DNA from: a virus
Virus record (IMG/VR): IMGVR_UViG_3300029923_000015
Location: 1 to 64,000 of that record
Length of the DNA: 64,000 nucleotides
Reading direction: 5' to 3' (one strand)
Of this stretch, positions 37,201-48,400 are shown piece after piece. Below the pieces are notes generated by a model. It searched no databases. It was not told the DNA's origin and was given only the letters and a program-made list of their open reading frames with translations. How positions within the stretch are numbered: the first letter of the stretch is position 1; every line of letters begins with the position of its first letter. A program made the translations under genes and the position numbers.

Positions 37201-39968
37201 CAGTAAAATGGATAGCAGACATAAGATTCCCTGCTGGGTATGTCGAGAATAGTAAATGGGCTCCAAATATATTTGAGGTCCCAGAGGAGACGTATAATTT
37301 ACCATATGTAGGTACTGAATTAGAATTTCAAGAATTGATAGTTAAACCCCTTGGACTAAAATTTAATTTCAGAAATTTACCGAAATCAGTAGTAAGTGTT
37401 GAGATAGTAAGAGCAAAAAGAGATATAAATAATAAGACTATATACGCCCAAGGGATTATACAAAAAACTGGGACTCAATATCCATCATACCAGCAAGATC
37501 ATTTAAATGATACTGGGTATATAATAGACGAGGGAATAACTAATACTCTAAGGCCTCACCCAATAGTATCTATGGGATATGCTACGTCAATATGTGGGAT
37601 AGTCAGAAATCAAAATGGGAATATACCTCATTCTATAAATATAGAGAATGAAGGTTCTTTTTGGTATGATTTTAATGATTATACTGGTAACACGTTTTCT
37701 CAAGATAATTCCCAAGTAAGAACTACTGCTAGATACACCGACCATGCTCTTTCTCCATATTTTTATTATAAGAACAGTGTTCTATTTGTAAATCCAGAGA
37801 CTTCGTACTATGGAGTTGATTTTACAGAGCAGTTAAGGAATATTGCAGATTCAATTAAAATGGATATTGTTGATATTGCATATCCAATATCTACTCCCCC
37901 ATTAACAGCAATGGCCCCTAATGTAAAGGGTCGATATTATATTGGTGGACTAGAGCAAGATAGACTGCAATTTAAAGTAGTAGGAGACTCTGCAAATAGA
38001 TGGTATCCTACTGCAATGTATTTTGCGGCAGATTTGAATAAGAAAATAAGGTCATCGTTCCCAATTCCATCTACTACCGCTCCAATATTTACAATAGGAT
38101 TAGTTGGAGCCGATTACAGAAGAATAGCAAGTGAGACCACTGGATATACTAGTTATAATCATATGTGGAATGCTATAAATGCATCACCAGTATCTGATAT
38201 TACTATACAAAGCAGTTGGAATGCTTTAGAAAAAGGAGATAGGGCTTATATATCACTCGGGGGGCTATTAGCATATGCTGGAGATAATAAATATATATAT
38301 AAAAATGGTTATGTATATGATGTTGCTAGTGCAACTACTGATGATCCATTTATATTGGTGGACGCAGCAAGTACTAATGGTGCTTCTGGTGCTACGTTTA
38401 AGTATTTTAATAGATATGTGTCCAGATCAAGCACGATACAAAATAATATAAGTCTTGTTTTTCAAAAGACTTCTAATTTAGAGGATGCCACTGTTTACAC
38501 TTTTGCCGGATTAGACGTACCAAAAACAAATCCATATAGTAGTAGCACCGTAGAGAGCTTCTCATTAATAAGAAAGGTGTCATCGTTTGAGTACTCTGGT
38601 TCCATAAATCCAGGACTTCCTATAGAGAAAGTCTCTGGATCAGACTATGTTACCGCTGGCAGTATACAGTATTTAAATTGGTCTAAGCCATTAACTGGAG
38701 GAAATGAAGGTCAAACGAATTCTACTGACATAAAGAATATAATATCTGTGCTTACTAAAACTAAAGTTGGCGGTCCACATGGAGCTGGTATAATCTTGTC
38801 TTTAGAAGATATGGAACAATTCCCAACAATATCAGATGTAAATCAGTCTAAGAAAATATATGACGGAGTAAATGGACTATATTCCGGGTATAAAACTCTT
38901 GATAGGATAGGAAGTTCTTCTCTTTCTACATATATTACAAACATGAAAATGATGAATTCATATATATATGGTGGTTCTTCATTATTAGATAGGCAGTTTA
39001 CTGAATATATATCTACTGGATGTTCATTTGACAATATAGATGGTAATGGGACTAGTGTTGTCTTTGGTGGTGATACATTTATAGGTATATTCGATTATAC
39101 GGCAGTAAAAGCAACAGATCCATATGTAGCATATGACTCCTCAACTAAAATAGGCAGAGGGGCTAATATCGCTAGCCAAGTAAGACACATAGGGGCGTTA
39201 ATTCCATTAGAATCATCTATAAATTTGCATCTAGTTAATTCTAAATCATACATAGCTGATGGAAATAATTTTGCCATACAAGACGAGCCAGGAGTATATT
39301 CTCCAGGAGCTAGTATAGGAAGTAAATGGAAGCATACTCAGTTGCTCCCTCAGTATAAATATAATTCTGCATATTCTTCAGAAATGACGGCTATTGGCTC
39401 TTTATCGAAACTCCTAATCACTCAAAGTAACAAAACGTTTGATTGTAGGGTTTGGTCTTCAGAGCCAAAAACAAATGATGAATTATATGATAATTGGTCT
39501 AAGTTTAAAGTCGCCAACTATATAGATGTTGATACTAAGTACGGGGAAATTACTGGTTTAAAAGCATTTAGAGATAAGTTATTGTTTTGGCAAAGAGATT
39601 CTTTTGGCGTTTTATCTGTTAATGAGAGGTCATTAATAAAAGATAATAATATAAGTTTACTTACTCTTGGAACTGGTGGGATACTATCAAGATTTGATTA
39701 TATATCTACATCTAATGGAATGAAGAAAGGAATGATAGGTGGAGTAACAGAATCTGAATCTAATCTATATTGGTTCGACCTAAATAATCTTGAATTATGT
39801 ACGTTTGGCGGATCGCTATCGGTACTATCTAAAGCAAAAGGTATACAGACTATATTAAATATGAATAGAGAGAATATTACAGATAAGATACCAATGGTCT
39901 TCGATAAAAAATATAATGAAGTGATGATAACTTTAGATGGACTTCAGGGAGTCGACAATATAAGATAA
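34272..39968 (+). CDS. tail stabilisation/muzzle protein, N-terminal and main part
   Basis: NTFSGG..D.DK, YRYAENVR, KLYWADG, YQRDEIYRFG, VFGGDTFIG, YIDVDTKYGEIT. Confidence 0.8.
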   Translation: MSSKNGKTTVNTFSGGIQLDIDKSLLKENQYRYAENVRIVSNEGATTGALTNIEGSTILSLGSDTFSVDEDIIATTTIRDLGVVITALPSKRTGMLTYDWNEQPDTGTITIPAKAEETIVIEDSRTTPDPVSPNANLLYVEWTGIGTKELRCQFQDLLTTTVSFKVTVTYTDSSNEVFNVFLDQSATPRSVNPASPYVITTVLRMDLKSPYMQYISVNSFLPTHDGAMCDNNGVEGYYPVETRRYKNVTQYYLYETDYYSPDPVTYRGVDIVTSHNVVHDEQFYEVATIIGIYNSYVSGRVNLAISTPLTLNLNAYLYDVDINTISGRYNGANTLHFNSATIYSFDGEYISSVQSRSVEIQDIIKNSDGIHSDIIAANHQIPIYTQQDISIDCIDKNYNNVSAIATYLTDGRLSTNLVYNKSAITSNKIYRVSFPDDKSPVFKNVLNPNGVNFNTPLNPNLSMVGRYEDFDNIKLYWADGVNFIRCVNIASTNDLNNSVLTDSSIFDLIPSSKLVSPSIVSIGSGRLDAGLIQYCYQLYSPSGGETELSPMSPVVHLTNSEVLDYSVKYMGTGIGDIHGKSTGKSVKVGIKIPDNNKFIRAKLISVYYFNYSDVPVISVVKELDIKSEQDNGYIYLEDGGVGAVGELTQSEFNLIGGNLFIPNYIESKDNILFAANTKEDTWDLSTEEYDTRSYQFKDEFTGVTIPANPKLVTLRTVVMKGSATIEVNIVDDYTTVSSAVSIGDILKEINGVPIAREIKVISISDDKNWIGFDSSEIGLTYVNGCSIVISEPYTVEIQKKAKLSMASGESSSYSLSQLQSILPTHDCIHDEIYKEDRYADLQYRYDKDGNLGGSGLNVDYKFTNAFFIESYGDYYGKRVNSTSGDTYSESWVTDADKYIDQRTARIGDKKRNISSIKLQDSDGTIYDAPLSNFGLPVHDGFLNYANPYLSNNFTSYQRDEIYRFGAIFRDTKGRKTPVKWIADIRFPAGYVENSKWAPNIFEVPEETYNLPYVGTELEFQELIVKPLGLKFNFRNLPKSVVSVEIVRAKRDINNKTIYAQGIIQKTGTQYPSYQQDHLNDTGYIIDEGITNTLRPHPIVSMGYATSICGIVRNQNGNIPHSINIENEGSFWYDFNDYTGNTFSQDNSQVRTTARYTDHALSPYFYYKNSVLFVNPETSYYGVDFTEQLRNIADSIKMDIVDIAYPISTPPLTAMAPNVKGRYYIGGLEQDRLQFKVVGDSANRWYPTAMYFAADLNKKIRSSFPIPSTTAPIFTIGLVGADYRRIASETTGYTSYNHMWNAINASPVSDITIQSSWNALEKGDRAYISLGGLLAYAGDNKYIYKNGYVYDVASATTDDPFILVDAASTNGASGATFKYFNRYVSRSSTIQNNISLVFQKTSNLEDATVYTFAGLDVPKTNPYSSSTVESFSLIRKVSSFEYSGSINPGLPIEKVSGSDYVTAGSIQYLNWSKPLTGGNEGQTNSTDIKNIISVLTKTKVGGPHGAGIILSLEDMEQFPTISDVNQSKKIYDGVNGLYSGYKTLDRIGSSSLSTYITNMKMMNSYIYGGSSLLDRQFTEYISTGCSFDNIDGNGTSVVFGGDTFIGIFDYTAVKATDPYVAYDSSTKIGRGANIASQVRHIGALIPLESSINLHLVNSKSYIADGNNFAIQDEPGVYSPGASIGSKWKHTQLLPQYKYNSAYSSEMTAIGSLSKLLITQSNKTFDCRVWSSEPKTNDELYDNWSKFKVANYIDVDTKYGEITGLKAFRDKLLFWQRDSFGVLSVNERSLIKDNNISLLTLGTGGILSRFDYISTSNGMKKGMIGGVTESESNLYWFDLNNLELCTFGGSLSVLSKAKGIQTILNMNRENITDKIPMVFDKKYNEVMITLDGLQGVDNIR

Positions 39969-41029
39969 TGCTGAATACTATAAACTACTCTGAGATGACT
40001 CAAGCATTTTGCTCTTTCATCTCTATGAACCCAAAATGGTACTTTGATTTTAAAAACAAGTACTATTCATTTGACTCTTTTGGGAACTTGGAGTTGCACA
40101 ACTCAAATGACAAATATAATATTGCTGGCACTTCTCAAGTTCCATATAGGTCATTTATAAGACTTATTATAAATGACCTATATCACTATACCAAGGTTTT
40201 TGATAACGTATCATATAGTGGAGATAATTTAGATTTTATGACGAATTTGCATAAATTCTATACAACGACACAGACAAGTTCGGAGATAAACTCGTTACTT
40301 ATAGATAAAAGAGAGGATACATATAAATTTGCTATTCCAAGGAATACAAAGAGTGGGGAGTATGTTAAAATATTAGTCCCATCAACAACAGTATATACTA
40401 TCGGTCAGGCTTTTCAAGGTGGAAAGATCGGATACATACTACAACAAGGAGACTCTGGGTATGTATCTACTGAAAAAAGGTTAATAATAGTAGCAACGTC
40501 CGATCAAGCTATAGATACATCTTGGGGTCCAAATACAGTAGGTATAGGAACCACTAGCTCTGATATATACTCTGGGACAGACAATACAAATGAAATAATA
40601 TCAAAAATACATAGTTATGGGGTTGCAGCTAATGCATGCAAAAACTATAATAGTGGAGGCTTCACTGATTGGTGTCTACCTAGCAGTGGTGATTTAAACT
40701 CTATAATGAGCAATGCAACCGTGCTAGGAATGGATAATGGATTAACATATCTTAGTTCTACCGAGGTGACTGATAGTAATTCAAATATATATACCTCTAG
40801 TGGATACACAACGAAAGAAGACTCTTCTGGCATATACACAAGGGCTGTAAGATACTTTATAGACAAAGGAACTACTATTAATGGGTCGGAGATAGATATT
40901 GCGCCAGGAGCCTTCGCAGACAGAATGAGAGGCAAGTATCTAGTCTCAGATTACTCATTTCAAAATAATAATGGTATAATGTTTACCTTACCATCAATAG
41001 AAACAACATATAGATATTCAATGATATAA
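39968..41029 (+). CDS. muzzle C-terminal module with inserted Lcl-C/DUF1566-like lectin domain
   Basis: YSEMTQAFCSF, TKVFDNV, REDTYKFAIPR ... RMRGKYL flank IGQAFQGGKI..AANAC..DWCLPS..YLSSTE..RAVRYF. Confidence 0.75.
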   Translation: MLNTINYSEMTQAFCSFISMNPKWYFDFKNKYYSFDSFGNLELHNSNDKYNIAGTSQVPYRSFIRLIINDLYHYTKVFDNVSYSGDNLDFMTNLHKFYTTTQTSSEINSLLIDKREDTYKFAIPRNTKSGEYVKILVPSTTVYTIGQAFQGGKIGYILQQGDSGYVSTEKRLIIVATSDQAIDTSWGPNTVGIGTTSSDIYSGTDNTNEIISKIHSYGVAANACKNYNSGGFTDWCLPSSGDLNSIMSNATVLGMDNGLTYLSSTEVTDSNSNIYTSSGYTTKEDSSGIYTRAVRYFIDKGTTINGSEIDIAPGAFADRMRGKYLVSDYSFQNNNGIMFTLPSIETTYRYSMI

Positions 41030-41030
41030 T

Positions 41031-43544
41031 ATGAAGCAAAAAATAAAAGTGAAGCCATTGTTTGCTTCTAAAAAGAAATTGCCAAGATATGGTGAAGGAG
41101 GCGTTAGTACAATAGATCCATTAGCCGCCTACCGTACTTCGATCAAACCACAAATTGGACCCGTTAACCCAACAAATACAAATGCGTTAATGACTGGTAC
41201 TGCCGGTTCAGTACCGTCTACTGCGTCCGCTCCAGTAGATGTTTCCGGAATAGGGAATATTGCGTCTGGAGTAGGATCCATGATGATGACAGATGATGCT
41301 AGCAGTTCGCTTAATTACGCTGGAGATATGATAGGAAATGCCGGTAAAGGGGCTTCTATGGGCGCAGCGTTAGGTCCATGGGGGGCTGCTGCTGGGGCTG
41401 CAATTGGTGGAATATATGGAGCTTTTGATGCTGCTAATGCAGAGAAAATGCAAAATAGAGCTAAAGAAAAAGAGCAGATAAATACTAATCTTGCATCAAA
41501 TAACTCAATGTCTGGGTCTGTTAATTCTAATTACAATTTAAGGAATTCATATAATGATAGGGTTCCTGGATTAAACAAAGGGGTTGCTAAATTTAAATCT
41601 GGAATTTCTAATACAAATCAGCCTAATGCTATGATAGCTCCAGAAGAGGGGGTTATGGATGGTGACACTGGAAGGCTATCAATAGTCCCCGGGAAATATA
41701 ACACATCTAATCCAGATACTGTACCGGCCAACCTAACTAATGGCAGTTCTGTATTTTCAAACAAACAATCACAAGTACTTCCAGGTGGAAAAAGTACACC
41801 GGCTGACATTATGGCAAAGGCAGAAAAGATGCAAAAAATAAATGATAAGATATTAACTCCAAAAGAGGGAGAAAGAAAGCTCAGTAGAATAGACCAACTA
41901 ACAGCAAAATTAAATCAAAGGAATATCCAGTTACAGGCTGAGAATTTGAATAAATTTAATATGCTATCTAATCCCATGCAGCAGCAATCAAATGTACTTC
42001 CAGGATATGCAAGAGGGACTGCTAGTTCTGGGGATAGGGAGATAGAGAATGAAATACCAGCCACAGTCTTAAGACAGAGTTTTACTAAGCCGAGCAGAAG
42101 TACAAGGCCAAATGGGACTAGGATAAATATAAGTCCAGCAGATTATTACGCACTTCCAGAAGACCAGAAAAAGCAATATAGGATCGACGAGGAAGCTGTT
42201 CCATACTCAGAGAAAGGTAATACTCCTGGTATATATAATTATGATATAAGAGTAAATAAAGATGTTCCTGCAGAAGCCAAGCCTCAATCAACTCTAACTA
42301 CTAATAATATAAATACGATAGCTGATCCTACTAATAACGTCATTAATAACGTCTCTAACCCAAATACTTTCTCTACGAATATAACTGTCCCAAAAGGAGG
42401 AACAATGGCTCATGAGGCCTTAAAAGCTGTCCAAAAAGCTCATCCAGAGTTAAACGTTAAAGTTATTCCAAAAGATATAGCACTCGGTATTCAAACTCAA
42501 AATAATCAGCAGAAAGGTCAATTATACAAACCTGGCTCATATAACGCTAACTTAGATTTGGGCCAATGGGCTGCTGCAAATAAACCTCAATCGAACTTTC
42601 AACCACAACCAGTTTCTGGAAGCAATTGGAACACTAATATCCAAAACAATAGGTCATTAGATAGAATAGGAGGGCAGAATGATTATACGTCTACATATGT
42701 TCCAGAAAACGATATGAGGTTGGATAATCCAGAAATAGCAAAAATACAAGCTCCGTTAACAAATCAAAATTCAACTAATACGTCTGGGTCATATAGATTT
42801 AATACTCCTATGACCCAACCATTTATAACTACTCCTAATATTGGAGATGTGAAAATGGGAACAAATTATAACTCACAGGCGAGTCAGCCTACTAACCCAG
42901 AAACTCAGGTAGAACAACCTAGGTCTCCGGTAAATTCACCAGCACAAGATCAACCCTCCGCTAACTTTGGGGGAATTAATAAACTTGGGAACAGTTTGAT
43001 GTCATTAGCTCCTATAGCATACAATTCTTGGAACTCGGAACCAGAAGTCGCAACTCCAATATATCAAAACTATACTAACCCCAACCAAAGATATAACATA
43101 GCTCCAGAATTAGCCGAAGCAACAAAGCAAAGGCAAATATCTAGATATGGAAATGCATCTACAAATACAGGAACTGGTGCTAATATGGCGTATGGTGCTG
43201 ATGCCTATTCAAGAGGCAATGATCAGGTATCTGAACTAATGGGTAAGGCTCAAACCGTTAATGCTGGATATAGGAATGATTATGTAAATAGATATAATCA
43301 AATAGCTGGAATGGATGCTTCTGAAAATAGAAGGATATATGATTTGAATGCAAGGAACAGAGCTGCATCTAGAACATTTGGAGCTAAAAATGCAGAGATG
43401 TTAAGTCAGTATGGGCAAACTCAACAATTAATGAACAACCAACTGAACTCTGATAGATTAAACACATATGTTTACAGTCTATATAATACGGCAATGACTA
43501 AAGATCAAAGAGCAGAAGTTAATAGAAGATTAAATCAAAGATAA
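41031..43544 (+). CDS. virion cargo/ejection protein
   Basis: Gly-zipper GASMGAALGPWGAAAGAAIGGIYG, low-complexity N/Q/P-rich body; lies between tail and RNAP genes. Confidence 0.65.
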   Translation: MKQKIKVKPLFASKKKLPRYGEGGVSTIDPLAAYRTSIKPQIGPVNPTNTNALMTGTAGSVPSTASAPVDVSGIGNIASGVGSMMMTDDASSSLNYAGDMIGNAGKGASMGAALGPWGAAAGAAIGGIYGAFDAANAEKMQNRAKEKEQINTNLASNNSMSGSVNSNYNLRNSYNDRVPGLNKGVAKFKSGISNTNQPNAMIAPEEGVMDGDTGRLSIVPGKYNTSNPDTVPANLTNGSSVFSNKQSQVLPGGKSTPADIMAKAEKMQKINDKILTPKEGERKLSRIDQLTAKLNQRNIQLQAENLNKFNMLSNPMQQQSNVLPGYARGTASSGDREIENEIPATVLRQSFTKPSRSTRPNGTRINISPADYYALPEDQKKQYRIDEEAVPYSEKGNTPGIYNYDIRVNKDVPAEAKPQSTLTTNNINTIADPTNNVINNVSNPNTFSTNITVPKGGTMAHEALKAVQKAHPELNVKVIPKDIALGIQTQNNQQKGQLYKPGSYNANLDLGQWAAANKPQSNFQPQPVSGSNWNTNIQNNRSLDRIGGQNDYTSTYVPENDMRLDNPEIAKIQAPLTNQNSTNTSGSYRFNTPMTQPFITTPNIGDVKMGTNYNSQASQPTNPETQVEQPRSPVNSPAQDQPSANFGGINKLGNSLMSLAPIAYNSWNSEPEVATPIYQNYTNPNQRYNIAPELAEATKQRQISRYGNASTNTGTGANMAYGADAYSRGNDQVSELMGKAQTVNAGYRNDYVNRYNQIAGMDASENRRIYDLNARNRAASRTFGAKNAEMLSQYGQTQQLMNNQLNSDRLNTYVYSLYNTAMTKDQRAEVNRRLNQR

Positions 43545-45436
43545 TGGTAAATTTATACGATAGTCCTGCACAGGCTCAATTCATTAATACATACGTGCCA
43601 ATTCAATTTGAAGGGTTATATAAAGTGGCAGATAAAGCTCAGAAAAATCTGGACGAAGCAACCGCAATGGAAGATGATGCCATTACTAATTACTCTACAT
43701 TAAACACCCCAATAGCGTCTCATAGAAAAGCTTGGGACACTAACGTATACGGTTCGTTTAGGGATTTAGTAAATAATACTCTTACTGACCCAGAAGCTTT
43801 AAAAGATCCAGTGAATCAGGCAAAATTAAAATCAGCTGTTAGAAAAATGAAATCTAACCCATTGGCTGCCAATTTGCTTATAAGCGCTCAGAATGCGAAA
43901 GCGTACATAAAAGCATCTGATCCTAGGTGGGGCGATTATGAGATAAATAAAGCAAAAAACTTTGACCCAAATGGAACTGGCCAATTGTTTGAGGGATCTA
44001 ATCAACAATATAAATCTGATGAAGAAATCTTCGAACCATTATTCAAGGATCTACATCCAGGAGGAACTGACTTAGGCCAAACTAAGGGCGGTGCATATGA
44101 TTTAAAGGGATGGGATAAAACCCATACTGATCAAAAGTTAGTACCAGCTATTGGCGAGTTGAGGCAACAAGAGGGAGTTCAATCTAGGATTGATCAGATG
44201 AGACAAGAGAATACAATTCCGGATAGATACTATACTACTGATAAAAATACTGGAGTAAAGAGTTTAGATGAGAATGCGTTAATCTATGATATGGGTAGAA
44301 ATATTGCAGTTAGGCATGAATGGGTCAATAAGACTCCAAATGAATTCTACCTAAAAAGGTATGAAGAATCATTGAGACCTAAACCCGTTGCAAAACAAGA
44401 AGGATACACTCCGAATCTAAATGATATTGAACAATATTCGATGTCTAACCAAGTGGCAGGAGCTCTAGAGGATAATGCATATATGAAGCTTATATCTAAT
44501 AGAATTTTACCTGGAGGGAAAATGCAGTCATATATATCTAAAAATTCCCAAGGAGTACCAGTAGTATCAAAAAATAATCCAATGGGGATAGTTGGTAGCG
44601 AGTATGCTAGAATTAGACTAAATAGAGATGCAGTTGGGAGTAGACTTAAGCAGATGGCAGCAATGTTTATAAACAGGCAAGCAACCACTCAAGAAACGAA
44701 TGAATATGATAAAGTGGAAAGAAACTACAAGCACTTAAATCAAGAATTTGAACCAGCTAGAAAGGCATTTTTATCTCAAGTTGCAGCGCATAGAACGTTA
44801 GCAGAGAATAACGTTATTGACCCTGAGACCAGAAGACCAATGAAGAGTATATTTACTAAAGATGACTTATATAGTTCGGCAAAAGTACAAAACAGCCCTT
44901 TGTTTATAAATAAACAACTTACTGATGCACTAGGAAATCCTTCGACAGTAAAAACATCAACTAAGGTACAAACTGATTTATATCCAGTTAAGAATTCTGG
45001 GCTACTTACATTAATCGATCCTAGAAATGGAAGACAAATATATACGTCTGATATAAAAGATAATGACGTATCTAAAATGAAAAAATCTATTGAGTCTGGT
45101 AAGTTTAGCAACGCGGCATCATTTGAACCTACAACTACATCTATGAAGTATTCTGACAGGGTAGATAACATAGGTAGTACTTATATTAGGGCTGGAAAAT
45201 TTGAATCAGAAATGTATCCTCAGTTAGTAAAAGATAAAGACGTGAACACATTAGATAAAAAAATAAAAAAGCTTACACAAATGGGGTTATTATCATCTGA
45301 AGAAGTAACTGTTGGTACTGGACCAAATGCAACTACTGAAACATATTATAGAATACCCACTTCCATAGATTTGGAAAGCCCTATAATCAATCCATATAGT
45401 AGAGTTACAAAACAAGATCCAATTAAAGCTAGATAA
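43544..45436 (+). CDS. virion cargo/ejection protein
   Basis: N-terminal YDSPAQAQFINTYVPIQF typical of crAss-like cargo proteins. Confidence 0.65.
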   Translation: MVNLYDSPAQAQFINTYVPIQFEGLYKVADKAQKNLDEATAMEDDAITNYSTLNTPIASHRKAWDTNVYGSFRDLVNNTLTDPEALKDPVNQAKLKSAVRKMKSNPLAANLLISAQNAKAYIKASDPRWGDYEINKAKNFDPNGTGQLFEGSNQQYKSDEEIFEPLFKDLHPGGTDLGQTKGGAYDLKGWDKTHTDQKLVPAIGELRQQEGVQSRIDQMRQENTIPDRYYTTDKNTGVKSLDENALIYDMGRNIAVRHEWVNKTPNEFYLKRYEESLRPKPVAKQEGYTPNLNDIEQYSMSNQVAGALEDNAYMKLISNRILPGGKMQSYISKNSQGVPVVSKNNPMGIVGSEYARIRLNRDAVGSRLKQMAAMFINRQATTQETNEYDKVERNYKHLNQEFEPARKAFLSQVAAHRTLAENNVIDPETRRPMKSIFTKDDLYSSAKVQNSPLFINKQLTDALGNPSTVKTSTKVQTDLYPVKNSGLLTLIDPRNGRQIYTSDIKDNDVSKMKKSIESGKFSNAASFEPTTTSMKYSDRVDNIGSTYIRAGKFESEMYPQLVKDKDVNTLDKKIKKLTQMGLLSSEEVTVGTGPNATTETYYRIPTSIDLESPIINPYSRVTKQDPIKAR

Positions 45437-45439
45437 TAG

Positions 45440-48400
45440 ATGCCTACAAATAAACAAAACAGAGCATTAGCTCCTAAATCATTTACTGATAAATTAAGGG
45501 TCGAAAATACAATTGGGGGGCTAGTCTCTAGCTCCTCTGCTTTAAGCGAATCGGTAGATGAATTAAAACAAAGTACCGGTGTGGTTGATAGAACTCCATC
45601 ACAAATTCAAGATGATAACGAATCTGTGTTTGACAAAGTTACTGATGCTGTTAGTTGGATTACCCCATCTACTAAGAACTCATTGAAAGTTGTTGATTGG
45701 CTGTCTGGGTCCAGAATAACGCTAGCTAATGATCTAGATAGGACGAAGGTGGATACAGATAATGGAGACCTAAAAATGCTTCAAAACAAATCTGACGCGG
45801 TAGACTATATACAGAATATAGCCCCTCTAGAACCTTTATGGCCAGAAGTCCTAAGGCAGGTTAATCTATGGAAAAATAGACCAATGTCTGAAAGAAAATC
45901 AGAAGATGTTAAAACGTCGGCTCCAGAACCTATTTCGAAAAAAAATCCATTTTCTGATTTAAATAAATTTGTAAGTTCTACTTATGGAAGACAGACTACT
46001 ACTGAAAAACTTTTATCAGAAAAAAAACAAATAGAAGATAGAAATAGTCCAATAGACAAAAATGGGAATGTTAAAAATTGGGTATCCGACCAACACAAAG
46101 CCGAAGTGTTAGCAGGAAACTATAAGCCATCAGATGATAATACATTAAAGGGTTCTAATGTATATAAATACCTTAGTGACTATGAGAAATCAGTAGCGGA
46201 CCAAACTAAATTTCCATTCGTTGAATTTGGGGGTGATCTTCCTGGTATAGGAGACATGCCTCCATATCTAAGAGCCGCGTATATTAAACATTCTGGGGCC
46301 CTTAGATACTATGAGCAGGCTAGGAAACAGATGGGCGGAAAAGATGCATTTAAAAACACGTTTGAAAATACAGTATACAACTATACACCAGATCAATCTG
46401 TCAATAAACAAAAGCAGTTGCCATCTACATGGGATTTGGAGAAACATATAAACGAGATAGATTATGGTAATTCAGACTCATTTAATAGTTATAAAAAAAC
46501 TGCTGTAGATTATTCTAAAAGGGTGAATGCTGAAATTGTAGACTATAGAAAATCGTTATTAGCTAGGAGCCAGCCAAGTGAGTATTATAAACAAAAAATG
46601 GAAGAAGGTAATCTTCTATATACTACCCCTGGCACCATAGGTTCATCATCGTCTGAGGCATTATCTCAGTGGGGATCTATGGCTGCAGAAATAACAATAG
46701 CTGCCATACCATCTATTTTGAAAATGCCATCACTTCAGCCAATAGCGGATATAGTTGCTGCCGGGGTTAATGTAATGATGAACGTTCACCAAAGGAATAA
46801 AGAAGATTTAGCAGAAGTCGAACAACAAGGTAATACGAAGATAGATAATACAATAAAAGCGGCATATGGTAAAACAATAGAAGATTTTACTGATCAAGAG
46901 TTGTTAGCAAAAGTTCCATATGATAAATCTAATTTAACCTTCATGGCTAATGCAAAGGGTGAGTTTAAAAGAGATGGAAAGCTATCAGAGAACACTAAAT
47001 ATGATTTAACTAGGGGGATTAGAAATGGTACATATAAGACCAATGATCCAGTAATAAATGAAGCTATAAAATCAGAGAGAAAGGGCCTTCAGGAGTATTG
47101 GGACAGAGATCAGGCATTCATGCTTGGAGACATCGTAACTAGTGCTTCCGTCGCTATTCCTGGTGCTAGTTTTATAAAAAGTTCATTCTCTAGACTTGCT
47201 AAGAATGCAGTAGAGGAGACTTCGGAGAGAATGGTAGGTAAGTTATTATCTGGTGAATCAAGAGCTGTGAGAGGCCTTAAAACGATCACAGACGCCACTA
47301 GGATGGCTTATGATAAGTCATTGGGAAGATTCTCTAAGTCTAAGGCTGCACCATACCTGTCTTTAGCTGCAATACATACAATTAATGCAGGTTCTGAATA
47401 CTTAGAAGAGGGCGGACAATATGTGAATGGACAAAATTATATATATGACAATCAAGTAGAGAACACTAAATATATGAATTCTCTTATAGATGGTTATGCC
47501 GGAGGGTTAACTGGTGTTGCTCAAGTCCTTGGTCTATCAAACGATAATAGGTACATTAATAGAGATGATTTTCAACGGAACGCTGTACCTGGATTTGTGT
47601 TAGGGATGATAATGCCATTGCCATTTACTGCAATGCATGTTAATAGTAAAATTCAAGAACAAGTAAAAGATAAGCAAGCTAGGAAATTTGTTGAAAGTCA
47701 AATATTACCATCTGTAAAAAAAGACTTTATTGATGGTAGTATAATATCTGATTTAGATTCTAATACCAGAATGATTAAATCTCAGGCATATGTGAATTCT
47801 GCAATACAAGGCAGAGGCGCACATGTAATCTCTAATATAGAGAAGATGATTGCAAATCCACCTGAGGGAACTACTAGAGAGCAACTACAGGAAGAGTTAG
47901 AAATAGCAAAAGAAACTATAGGAATTGCAGAAAGTAAGCAAGTAAAGAAATTTGCTAAAACTGATGCTGATTTAGAAGGGACAGAACAATATGGATCTAA
48001 TAATCATAAGTTACTAGTTGGTCTTATAATGGATCATAGGCGCTCCAGAAGTCTATCAGAAACTGCTGTAGCTGAAACAAATTCTACCGTAGTCAATACT
48101 GAACGTAAAGACTTTGCTGCAAATCCAGTACTTGGAGAGTATTTTAAAACTATAAATGCAAAAAGACAAGAAGAAGGCAAGCCTGTTATTGATACTATTC
48201 AACAGATTAAGTTAGTTGGACTAGATAATAGATTGAATTCTATTGCTATAGCAATTAAAACTAAAAATGCTAGCAATGACAATGAAAAGGCGCAAGGAGT
48301 AGATGGATATTTATCTGATAGCAGTAAGCATTTTATGCATGAACTATTACAAGATCAAAAATCTACTGCGGCTCAAATATTTAAAATAAAATCAGACTAC

